Assembly: GCA_963811325.1 (NCBI GenBank)
Contig: CAWEQT010000001.1
Span: 1,429,859-1,493,858 of the forward strand
DNA: 64,000 nt
Origin: an uncultured delta proteobacterium
Lineage (GTDB): Bacteria; Desulfobacterota; Syntrophia; Syntrophales; Smithellaceae
Direction: 5' to 3'
This document shows, in pieces, positions 26,312-36,307 of this stretch; the first letter of the stretch is position 1; each line of letters starts with the position of its first letter. Under the pieces are notes generated by a model. That model had not been told where the DNA came from. It made no database searches and worked only from the letters and a program-made list of their open reading frames with translations. The translations under genes and the position numbers were made by a program.

Positions 26312-26340
26312 ATTCTACGTTAATTGCGGATAAGAGTCAA
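26312..26340 (-). promoter_or_regulatory. Sigma70-type promoter for cspA (TTGACT-17-TAGAAT on the minus strand)
   Basis: The reverse complement of 26335-26340 is TTGACT, and of 26312-26317 is TAGAAT, with a 17-nt spacer. This predicts a ~165-nt 5' leader. Confidence 0.55.
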
Positions 26341-26527
26341 GCTATATTTTTATGGATAATGGTTTGTGCAAACAGTATTGAGAAGACATATTCGGCTTCC
26401 TTATAGAAAACATGAGGTTACAACGTTTTTGGTCATTGAAAAATATTTTTTTGTTTGAAAAATCAAGCGTTTTTACCACCATTACTATGACGTTGTCTTA
26501 TTTAAATAGTAGAACTTGAGAATCACA

Positions 26528-27835
26528 TTATTTAACTCTTTGTTCTTCTCGCTTTAGTTTACGCTTATATATCCAGTTTTGAAAAATTGATTTCGGTTCG
26601 ATACCAAAATAATACGACATCCATAACACGCCCGACTGGAGACTGTCGGAAAGCATACGCAAACGGGATATTCTAAAAGGATATCGTTCACGGATTTTCA
26701 GGGCATCCTCAAAATCCTTCACCACAACAGTTCTGCCGTCCTTTCCTGAAACGACGATTCCTCCTTCGCGCAGAAACCTCAATCTTTTCGCTGATTCTTT
26801 GATATCCGGCCCACAGACAAGCGCGCACTGCCCACACGTGAGTACGTTCGGATCTTTAATAGAAATCCCAAGGTATTTTTTTATAAGACCGGCCTGCACT
26901 TTACGCCGTTCCAGTTCGTCTTGGGGAAGGTCTTCATACCGCTTTACGATCTTCCATTCATCTATCCATTCCTCGGGATGCAATTCACAACCAATGCTGC
27001 GAATGAGTTTATAACGTACTGTTGAATCGCCCACCGATCCCCCTTTTATGAGGAGTTTTTTTCTGATGTTCTCCTTCCCGGGATCAGGCTCCCTTCCCAC
27101 CCAGGAACTTATCCAGTGCCGGCCCCAGCTGGAAAATTTTTTGTCCGGAGACAGACTGTGAAGACCGAAGCAGGAAGCGTTGCATAAATCTATACTCCTG
27201 CGTTTTCCCCGCGGATGAAGTTCGCCATTTAGACTAACGTACTCTTCTTTTTCCATCTCAAACATTTTTGCCGGGCACGCCTTGTCGCAAATAAGACATT
27301 TCCTGCAGTATTGATCGATGAAATATCTCGGCTCAAGCATGGAGTCGCTTTTGAGAACCGCATCGGTCACAACTGTGGAGAGATACACGGCCGCTCCATA
27401 TTCTTTTGTCATGACATTGCCGGACATCCCCTGCCCCCCTATGCCGCTGACAATAGCCCCGAAGCGATGAGAAAAACTCGGATGCGTGGAATAAACATCC
27501 AGAGAACGACGATAGGTGTTATTTGTCGGAACCGCGCGCGCCTTGTGGCCCAGTTTATTCAGATAATCCGCAAGTCGCCCGGCAATATGGTGGATTTTCT
27601 GATTCATAATCAGTTGGTTGGTATTATGAGTAACCGGAGTTTTTTTGGATAAAAAATCATATATGGCATCCACATTCATAGGCATGGCGAAAGATACTAT
27701 GGATTTTGCCCCGCGCATCGTATAGGTAGGATCAAGAGAAGGAGGGCCATCAAATCGTTCAGGGCCGGCTATACCGATTACCCCAACACCCTGATTTTTT
27801 AAAAAACTTCTGATATTTTCTTCTATGCCGCTCAT
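26528..27835 (-). CDS. 4Fe-4S dicluster protein, epoxyqueuosine reductase (QueG)/reductive-dehalogenase-like fold; function uncertain
   Basis: 435 aa. CRKCLICDKACPAKMF and LTCGQCALVCGPD are ferredoxin-type motifs. The N-terminal part resembles the QueG-like domain. Confidence 0.5.
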   Translation of the reverse strand: MSGIEENIRSFLKNQGVGVIGIAGPERFDGPPSLDPTYTMRGAKSIVSFAMPMNVDAIYDFLSKKTPVTHNTNQLIMNQKIHHIAGRLADYLNKLGHKARAVPTNNTYRRSLDVYSTHPSFSHRFGAIVSGIGGQGMSGNVMTKEYGAAVYLSTVVTDAVLKSDSMLEPRYFIDQYCRKCLICDKACPAKMFEMEKEEYVSLNGELHPRGKRRSIDLCNASCFGLHSLSPDKKFSSWGRHWISSWVGREPDPGKENIRKKLLIKGGSVGDSTVRYKLIRSIGCELHPEEWIDEWKIVKRYEDLPQDELERRKVQAGLIKKYLGISIKDPNVLTCGQCALVCGPDIKESAKRLRFLREGGIVVSGKDGRTVVVKDFEDALKIRERYPFRISRLRMLSDSLQSGVLWMSYYFGIEPKSIFQNWIYKRKLKREEQRVK

Positions 27836-27921
27836 AGAAAATCACCTGTCATAAATTTAAATCAATTTGGCCTGCATGATGAAAAAATGGTGTTATGATG
27901 TCCTCATGAAAACATCATATT

Positions 27922-29745
27922 TCAAATCAGATCTTTGCTCAAATCTTTCCCGACAGTGGTGCTCTTCAATTTTAATCCCGACAGAGCCGCCGCTGTAACA
28001 CCCAGATCCGCAATACGGATATGTCTTTCCTGCGTGCCCTTCTTCCCGCCGGGTATCGATATCGCGGCAACAATGGGAAGCGTATCAATCGATCCATGGC
28101 CGCCATTATAGACACGCCACGGAGGAGCCCATGTGGGAGCCTTAATGCCAACATTGGGAATCTGCCCGTTATAGACCGGGATTTGCCAGCCGTTTTTCGC
28201 CAAAATAATGAGATCGGGCCAGATGAGGGTCTTTTCCTTATCAATATCTACATAGTAGTTATGATAGAGTTCACCGGGCAGACACACTTCTGAAACACCG
28301 TTTTTCATATCTGACCGGTCCAGAACCCACCATGGACATTCTTCTTTTCCGGTCTGGGGATTAAGCGTCCTGTGAGTCAATAAAACTTCCTTCGCCTTTG
28401 CGACATTTTCCTTATTTTCCCGCCAGTACAACACCCCGTAGCTGCTCACGCTGAAGGCATACATCTCCTTCTTTTCCGGTATTCCGCCCTTTTCGATTAT
28501 CCCCGCCTTCTTCAGAATACCCACGCAATCAGTGGAGGAAAAATCTTCGGTATAAAGATGATTCGTCGAGGAGTGGTCGCTCAAGAGAATAACATTCGCA
28601 TTATCGAGCACACCCTGTTGCTTCAATCCGTCTATAAGATGTCCGAACTGTATGTCCACATCGCGGATCGCATCCATGATCGCTTCTTTGAAAAGGAGCT
28701 TGTTCCTGCTGCTGACCAGCTGATATTCGGGCTTGTTTTCACATCCACACGGCGGTTCAAACGGCGGATTGACATTGATAAACTCCGACGGATCCCATGC
28801 AGACCCGATGGCATGCCCCGCGTCGTCGCACTGGGCAAGGAGAATATATGCCATCTCGGGCTTTTCACGCTTAAATATTTCCAAAGCTGAATCTACGATC
28901 CATCTGTCATGCGGAAAATGATCGGGAAAATTTTCCATTTGCCAGGTCAGCATGCTGCCTTGACCCGTATAGAGCCGCGTCATGACGCTGTTCGGACTCA
29001 TGGATTTCCCGAAAAATCCGAGATGCCCCGATTCCGGCTCACAGGCCGCATCCGTGTCTGTGTCAGGATGCGCAAAGCTTTCCTTTTGCGGAGCTTTCAA
29101 ATAGTCGGGATATTCAGGACCTGTTACCAGAATATCAATGCCTGATGATGTATTCCCGCTTTCACGGAACATCTCACCCACCCATTCCTTGCCCGTAATG
29201 AACATGGTTTTGGATTCGGGCCACCGCCGCTTCCACGCCCTGAAGAGAGTATCTACTGGCCTGCCTTTGTCATCTCTGACAAAAGACATGTTGGTGCGGG
29301 TGATTACAGCATCTCCATTCTCATCCCATCCAGTGGGTTGTGCCCATACGCCGATAATACCGCTCTGCCCGGAAGATGTTCCTGCCAGCACGTTTAAATG
29401 ATTCATGTCCGTTGCGGCAGGAAGAAATGACTTGGCATTTTTGTACCATAATGAATTTTTAAGGAAGGTGTTGATATTGGGCATCAGCCAGTTGCCTTCG
29501 CTGCCTCCCGGCAGACCCCTGGCATCAAGCCCTAAGTATTTCGGGTGAAGGCCGTCAATGGCAATGAAGATGAGCTTTCGTTGATTATTATTTCCAAGTA
29601 TCGAGGCCATAGCGCTTTTAAATGGAAATAAGCTCCAATTCATTACGGCCATGCCGCTAAGAAATGCAGTAACTTTTTTTAGAAATGATCTCCGGCCTAT
29701 CTGATTCTTTATGAAATTATTACCTTTGATATTATCTTCTCCCAT
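27922..29745 (-). CDS. Tat-exported alkaline-phosphatase-superfamily enzyme (nucleotide pyrophosphatase/phosphodiesterase-like)
   Basis: The twin-arginine signal is GRRSFLKKVTAFLSGMAVM. FIAIDGLHPKY, a Thr-nucleophile-type segment AATDMNHLNVLAGT and LLSDHSS metal-ligand motifs are present. Confidence 0.7.
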   Translation of the reverse strand: MGEDNIKGNNFIKNQIGRRSFLKKVTAFLSGMAVMNWSLFPFKSAMASILGNNNQRKLIFIAIDGLHPKYLGLDARGLPGGSEGNWLMPNINTFLKNSLWYKNAKSFLPAATDMNHLNVLAGTSSGQSGIIGVWAQPTGWDENGDAVITRTNMSFVRDDKGRPVDTLFRAWKRRWPESKTMFITGKEWVGEMFRESGNTSSGIDILVTGPEYPDYLKAPQKESFAHPDTDTDAACEPESGHLGFFGKSMSPNSVMTRLYTGQGSMLTWQMENFPDHFPHDRWIVDSALEIFKREKPEMAYILLAQCDDAGHAIGSAWDPSEFINVNPPFEPPCGCENKPEYQLVSSRNKLLFKEAIMDAIRDVDIQFGHLIDGLKQQGVLDNANVILLSDHSSTNHLYTEDFSSTDCVGILKKAGIIEKGGIPEKKEMYAFSVSSYGVLYWRENKENVAKAKEVLLTHRTLNPQTGKEECPWWVLDRSDMKNGVSEVCLPGELYHNYYVDIDKEKTLIWPDLIILAKNGWQIPVYNGQIPNVGIKAPTWAPPWRVYNGGHGSIDTLPIVAAISIPGGKKGTQERHIRIADLGVTAAALSGLKLKSTTVGKDLSKDLI

Positions 29746-29800
29746 AATTCCTTTACAACCTCCCGTCAGTGAATTCTAAAATGTCTTTTGAGCGCCGCTG

Positions 29801-30730
29801 TCAGGCGTGTTTATTCAGCCAGGCAATTACGTTCTGAAAAACTTCATCACGATTAATCTCATTGAGAGACTCATGCCGCCCGTCTTCGTAGAACTTGAGA
29901 GTCAAATCACTGATGCCCGCGTTTTCCAGCGCGTTATATACCTGATTCACGCCTTTTGTGTTACTACCCACGGGATCTTTCGCGCCAGAGAAGAGATAAA
30001 TGGGCAGATTTTTCGGTATCTTCGCAATATTCTCCTTTTTGTTGATATAGGCAATGCCTCCCAGCATGTCACAGAAAAAACCTGCTGTAAAAACTGCTCC
30101 GCACCATGGATCATTGATGTATTTATCAACCTCGGCGTTATCTCTGGAGAGCCAGTCATATTCAGTCCTGTTGGGTTTGAAAGCGCTGTTGAAAGCGCCG
30201 AATGAGAGCTTGTTCATAATTTCGCTTTTTGCTTTTTTCCCGTGCATGCTGGCGTCCATTTTCGCGATAAAAAGACCTATCTTCCCGATAGCGCCCGGAT
30301 CACCACCCGTGCCGGAAAGAATAAGCCCGGAAAGCTCACTTGCGTAAAGCATGGAATAGTGACGTGAAAGGAACGAACCCATGCTGTGGCCGAAAAGAAA
30401 AAAAGGCTTATTCGGATTTTCTTTTTTTATGATGCCGGTCAGTGTGTGCATATCCTCCACAACTTTTTCCCAGCCATGTTCGTCGGCAAAATAACCGACT
30501 GCATCCTGTGAACCTGCGGTCTTCCCGTGTCCCCTGTGATCATTCGCGTACACGGCATATCCAGCTTTTGTCAACGAGCCGGCAAAACGCTCGTATCGTG
30601 CCGCATGTTCCGCCATTCCATGTGCTACCTGAACGGTGCCCTTAACAGCGGAAGCTTCATCCGGCATCCATCTGTAAGTAAATATCTGAATCCCATCCGA
30701 TGTTTTAAAGGTAAAAGTATCGCTTTTCAT
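29801..30730 (-). CDS. Alpha/beta hydrolase, lysophospholipase/monoacylglycerol-lipase-like
   Basis: HGMAEH, DHRGHGKT and the nucleophile elbow GHSMGS are present. ATG 30730 is preceded by a G-rich SD. Confidence 0.8.
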   Translation of the reverse strand: MKSDTFTFKTSDGIQIFTYRWMPDEASAVKGTVQVAHGMAEHAARYERFAGSLTKAGYAVYANDHRGHGKTAGSQDAVGYFADEHGWEKVVEDMHTLTGIIKKENPNKPFFLFGHSMGSFLSRHYSMLYASELSGLILSGTGGDPGAIGKIGLFIAKMDASMHGKKAKSEIMNKLSFGAFNSAFKPNRTEYDWLSRDNAEVDKYINDPWCGAVFTAGFFCDMLGGIAYINKKENIAKIPKNLPIYLFSGAKDPVGSNTKGVNQVYNALENAGISDLTLKFYEDGRHESLNEINRDEVFQNVIAWLNKHA

Positions 30731-31134
30731 ATTTATCCCCCCACCCTCAGTATGTTCGGGAATTATAAGAAGAACGGATTTGTATGTCAAGGAAACATTG
30801 ACAGCCGAATTGCATCATAAAAAGGTACTTTGACTCATAAAACTCCATGAGCGATCATAAGTGTTCGAGCCGAAAATGAGTTATGTAATCGCCTTAAGCG
30901 AGTCTTAGATTTATTAAAAAACGGCTTTCTGGATAAGCGAAAAGAATATTTGAGCAACACTCTGATGGATAATATATGTGAAATTTTGTTGTTCTGATTT
31001 TTCATATCCATACAACCTTTCGACTGGAAATGAGTGAAGGACAAGGATATAATCCTCATTATAAACAAAATGACAAAATTCAAACTTGACATGCGACGCT
31101 TTTTGAGCGGCGTGCGATACAGGGGCTTTTCAAA

Positions 31135-32085
31135 ATGTTGTTTAAGAAAATGAAAGGACGCAGACTTCTGATATTATTAGCCGGTTGCGTCCTTATTATT
31201 GCGCTTTTCTTGTGTCTTTGGGAATGTAATAGAATGCCGGAGATTGTTGAGCAATTGCATAGCTATAAAGAACTTTCTACACAGTGGCGGAAAATAAAAG
31301 CTTTTAAAAAGAGAAAAGGAGTGGCGCTTGTTGTCCACGGCCTCAATCTGAAACCGGAAAGAATGGACGATATCATCATATGCCTCAACAAGATCGGGAT
31401 AGATGTTTTGAATGTATCGTTGAGAGGCCACGGCAGCAATTACAGGGCAAACAAAAACATTCCGGAGGCCGAGGCCAGGCTCGATTCGTTCAGAACGGTT
31501 GATTATAAATTATGGCTGCAAGAGGTTCGCAACGGCTATGATATAGCAAAGAAAAGGGCCCGGCGGAAGAATGTACCTCTTTATTTCGCAGGTTATTCCC
31601 TGGGAGGACTGCTCGGGTGCGACCTTTTTCTTTCCAATCCTGAAAATTCCTTTGACGGCATGATTCTTTTTGCGCCCGCTCTGAGCGTAAAGACTGAAGC
31701 TTATTTATTGAAGACAATGATGCCTTTCCCGAATCTGGTGATTGACAGCCTTTCTCCGCCTTACTACCGCTCCAATAATGGAACACCTATGGCCGCTTAC
31801 AAAGCTTTATTCGAAGCCATTGATTATTTTGAAAAAAATATAAATCAGCAATTGAACAGGCCGACTCTTCTATTCATAGATGAAGATGATGAATTTATAT
31901 CCGCTGACAGCATCAGAGATATGATCACGAAATACAAACTTGATCAATGGCGGCTTTGCCATGTGCGAAAAGATCCTGAAACAGGTGGCAACATTTCCCA
32001 TCACCTGATTATCGACCCCGATAGTGTGGGAAAGAAAATGTGGAAACAAATCACAGACGGGATTGCCCATAATCTCCGGGAATAA
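31135..32085 (+). CDS. Alpha/beta hydrolase with N-terminal membrane anchor/signal
   Basis: The N-terminal hydrophobic segment is LLILLAGCVLIIALFL. HGLN and the nucleophile elbow GYSLGG are present. Confidence 0.7.
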   Translation: MLFKKMKGRRLLILLAGCVLIIALFLCLWECNRMPEIVEQLHSYKELSTQWRKIKAFKKRKGVALVVHGLNLKPERMDDIIICLNKIGIDVLNVSLRGHGSNYRANKNIPEAEARLDSFRTVDYKLWLQEVRNGYDIAKKRARRKNVPLYFAGYSLGGLLGCDLFLSNPENSFDGMILFAPALSVKTEAYLLKTMMPFPNLVIDSLSPPYYRSNNGTPMAAYKALFEAIDYFEKNINQQLNRPTLLFIDEDDEFISADSIRDMITKYKLDQWRLCHVRKDPETGGNISHHLIIDPDSVGKKMWKQITDGIAHNLRE

Positions 32086-32213
32086 TCTCTGCGCCTCTGT
32101 TCCGGATTATTTCCTGTAGCCCTATTTTTCTGTTTTACCTGGACGTATTTTAATCATAATGTATTGTAACATTTCATTGAATATGGGGCGATGAGGCGCA
32201 CATCCCGTCAACG

Positions 32214-33758
32214 CTAACCTTCTTGCTGTTTCCTTTTCATATATTCCAGCGCGCGTTCGGCGGCATATTTAACTTCTTTTGAATATGACCCGATACCCAG
32301 AATAGATTTTGATTCGGCAATTTCCGAAAGAGTTTTTATCGCCTCAGGCGAACCGATAGCCACAAGAGCTTTGCATATTTTTTCCGTCATGGATACTTGA
32401 TCATTCTTAGCCATCGAGGAAATGCCCTTGAGCATATTCTGCAGATCAGTAACCGCTTCCGTGCATTTTATTTTACCGAGCACTTCAATAATATTAACTC
32501 GCAATTCATGATCTACCAGAAGCAGAACAGACAGGAGCAATTGTCCCCGCATATTTCCTCCGGTCTGGACAATGCTTTTGAAGGCCTCCTTGCGTACCCG
32601 GTTTTCTTTGTGCAGCAAAAGAGGTTTGAGCGTATCGACGCTGGTTTCATTGCCGATATGTCCCAGTACGTAGGCCAGGTTACGCAGGTAATACCATGGG
32701 CCATTCAGATTAATGCTTGTTCTGATGGCTGGTATTGCCGCGGGCCCAATTTCTTCAATAATATGGATAATGTTTATACGTGTTTTGCTGTCGCTGGCCG
32801 TCTTCAGGTCACCGAGTAATTTGTTTATTATAATGTTGCCAAATCCAGCAAATACATGACAAGCTTCATTTTTTTTATTCCTTTCGTTGGTATTGATTTC
32901 TTTAAACAGGATGTTAAAGTTATTATCTGATGCGAGATTTCGGAGAATTTTCAAAGAGACATCCCGCACTTTATCATCTTTTTTTAATGTGCCGTTATTA
33001 ATCTTGCTAAAAACATTTATAATTGAAGCCGCTTCGGCAAAAAATCCATTGCTAATAAAATCCTGCAGAAGTGTTTCCAAACGCTGGCATATTTCTTTGT
33101 ATTCAGTGGTGTACGTTTCTTCATTTTCTATCCATTGGGCTGTCTTTATTGATAATTTTCTGAGCATACCCATTTTTTCTTCGGAAGGAAAAGATTCAAT
33201 GGTTCCTTCCAGCGCTTTTATGCGGGTGAATACTGTTTCCATTCTGGTAATACTTTCAGAAATTTGATCTTCCACATTATCAGGTACTGAAACGATTTCC
33301 TGATCCTTCTCCATGGTAACAAATGCTTTATTATCAGGAGTAGTGTGCCCTGTATTATTTGTCGCCATGAGCATTGTCAGGTCAATTTCATCCTGTGCCG
33401 GTTTCCTGTTTTTCGCAAGAAGGTTTATAGAAATATGTAGTTCTTCCTTTTCCAAGTCTCTATCGAAAGAAAAGCTCTTGAAGTCCAAAACGTGAAGGAT
33501 ATCCAGCAGAGATGAAATGTGAATTGTTTTGTCTTCTTTTTGATCTGAAATATTTTCGCCATAAAGGGCTTTTTTTTCTAATTCCGCAAAGGTCAAAGGC
33601 GCATCCTGCCATAATGAGTCTGCCAGATAAAGATAAAGCGTTTCAATGAAATTCGTAATCGCGGGATTGGCAGAGAGATATTGTTGATCGTTTTTTATTG
33701 CCGAGTGAATATGAACAAGCGCTTCAATCGATTTTAGTTTAAAATCTACGTCTGCCAT
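32214..33758 (-). CDS. HEAT/armadillo-repeat protein
   Basis: 514 aa. The C-terminal half has repeated ~30-aa helical units of the HEAT_2/PBS-lyase type (..RVRKEAFKSIVQTGG.., ..VNIIEVLGKIKCTEAV.., ..KALVAIGSPEAI..). Confidence 0.6.
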   Translation of the reverse strand: MADVDFKLKSIEALVHIHSAIKNDQQYLSANPAITNFIETLYLYLADSLWQDAPLTFAELEKKALYGENISDQKEDKTIHISSLLDILHVLDFKSFSFDRDLEKEELHISINLLAKNRKPAQDEIDLTMLMATNNTGHTTPDNKAFVTMEKDQEIVSVPDNVEDQISESITRMETVFTRIKALEGTIESFPSEEKMGMLRKLSIKTAQWIENEETYTTEYKEICQRLETLLQDFISNGFFAEAASIINVFSKINNGTLKKDDKVRDVSLKILRNLASDNNFNILFKEINTNERNKKNEACHVFAGFGNIIINKLLGDLKTASDSKTRINIIHIIEEIGPAAIPAIRTSINLNGPWYYLRNLAYVLGHIGNETSVDTLKPLLLHKENRVRKEAFKSIVQTGGNMRGQLLLSVLLLVDHELRVNIIEVLGKIKCTEAVTDLQNMLKGISSMAKNDQVSMTEKICKALVAIGSPEAIKTLSEIAESKSILGIGSYSKEVKYAAERALEYMKRKQQEG

Positions 33759-33887
33759 TATTTTCTCACGATAAAAGTGCAGTTCCCGTATTTTTAAGTA
33801 ATTCTAGAAATATTTTATTAGATTGTGATTTTACAATTAATTCGTTTCATCCAACAATCTATATGTAATTATATCATTTTGAGGTAA

Positions 33888-34796
33888 GGAACGCAACCAG
33901 CCAATTTGGTTTGTGCAGAAGATTCTGGCAGTAAACTGAATTTCGATTGCAGGTTCCGTGAAGTATCTTATCCGGAGAGAAAACTGATCAAGCGGTTTGA
34001 AGTTATATAGCCAATTATCGACTCAGACGGCGTTTTTAATCTATGTAAGATAAAGACACACCTGTTTATGAGGATGACCGGGGTAGTTAAAAACAAATTT
34101 GGCGTTATTCCGGGTTTAACCAAGCCCGGCTACCATGCGAAGCTCAACGATACCATTCATTTTGCCGACATGCTGCTGGACCTGGCTCAATATGTTTTGC
34201 CGCGTCTGACTATTATGGACGCGGTTGTGGGAATGGAAGGTAATGGGCCCAATTCGGGCACGCCTAAAAAAGTTGGTTTGCTTATTGCGTCAAACAACCA
34301 ACTGGTGCTGGATATAGTCGCAGGTGAGACCATGGGCTTAAGCAGGGGAAACAACCCTGTCCTTCTGGCTGCGGAACGAAGAGGATTGGATCCGATATAT
34401 ATTAAAGATATAGAAATTATCGGTGAAAGCCTTTCCTGGATAAAAATTCCGGACTATAAATTACCGGCCAATATTTTTGAAGGTGCAGGGATGGGACCGT
34501 TGCCTCTGGTTCAGAATAGGCTGAAATTTCTTTTCAAAGATGCTTTTTCGGCAAAACCGGTTATTAATAAAAAAGCCTGTATCGCCTGCAGGGCATGTTA
34601 TGAAGCATGTCCGGTTAAAGCGATTTCAATACACGAACAAGTAAAGGCCGCGGTTATTGATGAAAAAAAATGCATTCACTGTTATTGCTGTCACGAGATG
34701 TGTCCCGAAAATGCCATGGATCTTTTAAAATATCTTTTTTTCGGGAAATATTTGTATTATACTATATCAAGTTTTCATACCTTCCCAAGGTTCTAA
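33888..34796 (+). pseudogene. Decayed DUF362-ferredoxin gene (N-terminus missing, in-frame TAG at 34008-34010)
   Basis: The frame reads ...FDCRFREVSYPERKLIKRFEVI*PIIDSDGVFNLCKIKTHLFMRMTGVVKNKFGVIPG.... The DUF362 hallmark (K)lKTH...KN.fG spans the track ORF start at 34068. The preceding homologous frame is broken by TAG and begins only at 33888. Two C-terminal CxxCxxCxxxCP motifs are intact. Confidence 0.6.
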
Positions 34797-35058
34797 TATT
34801 GATTTAGCTATCAATCAATTTAAGTTGCGGGATCATAGCTGTGAAAAAGCTGTTACGAACAATGGATTTATAGATTCTTAAGTAGAGCATTAATCTGGCA
34901 GCACCTGAAAAGCGTAATATTTGTTTTGCATGATTTTGATTATTTTTTAAAACTACTAGAATCAACAATAGAGTATTATGATTTGAAGGAGAGACTTGGC
35001 AAATTAATGATCTTTATTTTAAAGCTAGACAACATAAAAGCGAGGGGAAACTTTTTCT

Positions 35059-35262
35059 ATGAGCAATGAAATTGAAGATGATGTTACAGAACTGGAGATG
35101 GAAGATGATGCCTTGGAATTGAAAATGAAAAAGTTAGAGAATGAAGCTGCACGATTGTTAAATCACTCAAATGAACTGCTGCAAGTTCTTAATAAAGGAA
35201 CATTAAAACCAGAAGAAACGAAACAAGAAGAGAGTGAATTAAAAGATATAAGAGAAAAATAA
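35059..35262 (+). CDS. Small acidic coiled-coil protein, unknown function
   Basis: 67 aa and very Glu/Leu-rich. GAGGGGAAA lies upstream. Its end is 9 nt from the next gene. Confidence 0.4.
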   Translation: MSNEIEDDVTELEMEDDALELKMKKLENEAARLLNHSNELLQVLNKGTLKPEETKQEESELKDIREK

Positions 35263-35271
35263 AGTAATCAT

Positions 35272-35835
35272 ATGACAACGGAAAATATCACTGATAGAAT
35301 TCCAACCAGAGCAGAATGCGATGAACTAATGGCAAGATATTCCATGTTGCCGCACATCGTTGCGCACTCACAGAAGGTTATGCGCGTTTCCCTGGCGGTT
35401 ACAGATCATCTGAAAGACGGTGTGTCAGTGAACAGGGATCTTGTGATTGCTGCCGCGTTGCTGCACGACATTACGAAAACAAGGTCGCTTGAAACAAAGG
35501 AACGGCATGCTGCTTCCGGCGGAGTCCTTTTGAGAGAATTGGGATTTCCGCGCATTGCCGAAATTGTGGAGCAGCACATAATCCTTCAGAATCTGAATCT
35601 TGAGGGGAGACTTGAAGAACGGGAGATCGTCTACTATGCCGACAAGCGGGTAATGCACGATACAATCGTGACCATCGATGAACGGGTACATGACTTGATA
35701 CAGCGATATGGCACCGGAGAGGAGATACGCAATCTGATTCTCCAAAACAAGGAACAGGTGCTTACGGTTGAACGGAAGATTGCCGGTTTTATGAAAATTG
35801 ACATCCATCATGCTATACAGAAAATAGTTTTATAA
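35272..35835 (+). CDS. HD-domain (HDIG-type) phosphohydrolase
   Basis: HSQKV...AALLHDITK...YYADK metal-binding motifs are present. Confidence 0.8.
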   Translation: MTTENITDRIPTRAECDELMARYSMLPHIVAHSQKVMRVSLAVTDHLKDGVSVNRDLVIAAALLHDITKTRSLETKERHAASGGVLLRELGFPRIAEIVEQHIILQNLNLEGRLEEREIVYYADKRVMHDTIVTIDERVHDLIQRYGTGEEIRNLILQNKEQVLTVERKIAGFMKIDIHHAIQKIVL

Positions 35836-35923
35836 GACATTGCTTTCTGATAGTCGAGATTTATTAAATGTGTATCGCAAATAACAGCGTTTTTAATAAC
35901 AACTGGCAAGGTGCTTCAACCGG

Positions 35924-36217
35924 ATGATAAATGACGAAATCCTTTTAAGTCAACTCGAAGAACTGGCCCAGAAGCTTGGAATATTAGTTCGTGATGAAAA
36001 TATAAATATGGAGGAATCTTCCAGTACCGGCGGTCTCTGTTTTGTTGAAGGGAAACACATTCTGATTCTTAATTCCAAGGCTACAGTAAAAGAAAAAAAT
36101 CAAGTTATGATCAAAGCGCTGCAGCAGTTTAACCTTGATGAGATTTATATAAAACCAGCTATCCGCGAATTATTGGAAGAATATAAGAAAAGGATACTGC
36201 CGTTAGACAAGTTCTAG
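35924..36217 (+). CDS. Hypothetical protein
   Basis: 97-aa ORF with no motif I recognise. A hairpin and U-tract follow. Confidence 0.4.
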   Translation: MINDEILLSQLEELAQKLGILVRDENINMEESSSTGGLCFVEGKHILILNSKATVKEKNQVMIKALQQFNLDEIYIKPAIRELLEEYKKRILPLDKF

Positions 36218-36237
36218 GTTCTATGTTCCAGATTCGA
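36203..36237 (+). repeat. Copy 1 of a short direct repeat (ttagacaagttcta-gttctatgt...ccagattcga)
   Basis: It spans the stop codon of the 35924..36217 ORF. A second copy lies at 38080..38127, directly after the next gene. Confidence 0.6.
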
Positions 36238-36270
36238 CGTTAAACATAGAACGTCGATAAATGTTTTTTT
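36234..36270 (+). terminator. Putative intrinsic terminator
   Basis: The stem CGACGUU/AACGUCG (9-nt loop) is followed by AUAAAUGUUUUUUU. An alternative 10-bp stem GUUCUAUGUU/AACAUAGAAC overlaps it. Confidence 0.45.
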
Positions 36271-36307
36271 GCATTAACAAGATTATTTTTAACGGATAGC
36301 CCGGCTT

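Noticed and set aside
30835-31092. 85-aa minus-strand ORF between the two divergent alpha/beta hydrolase genes
   Set aside because: It has AT-rich, low-complexity hydrophobic/basic composition and no SD. It lies where the divergent promoters are expected.
34008-34010. In-frame TAG in the DUF362 gene as a pyrrolysine codon
   Set aside because: Pyl is essentially restricted to methylamine methyltransferases. In addition, the gene lacks its N-terminal ~100 residues and a start codon, so decay is the simpler explanation.
34798-34815. ATTGAT-TTAGCT-ATCAAT palindrome as another FNR box
   Set aside because: The spacer is 6 nt rather than 4, so the half-sites would face differently. It sits immediately after a pseudogene stop rather than in a promoter.
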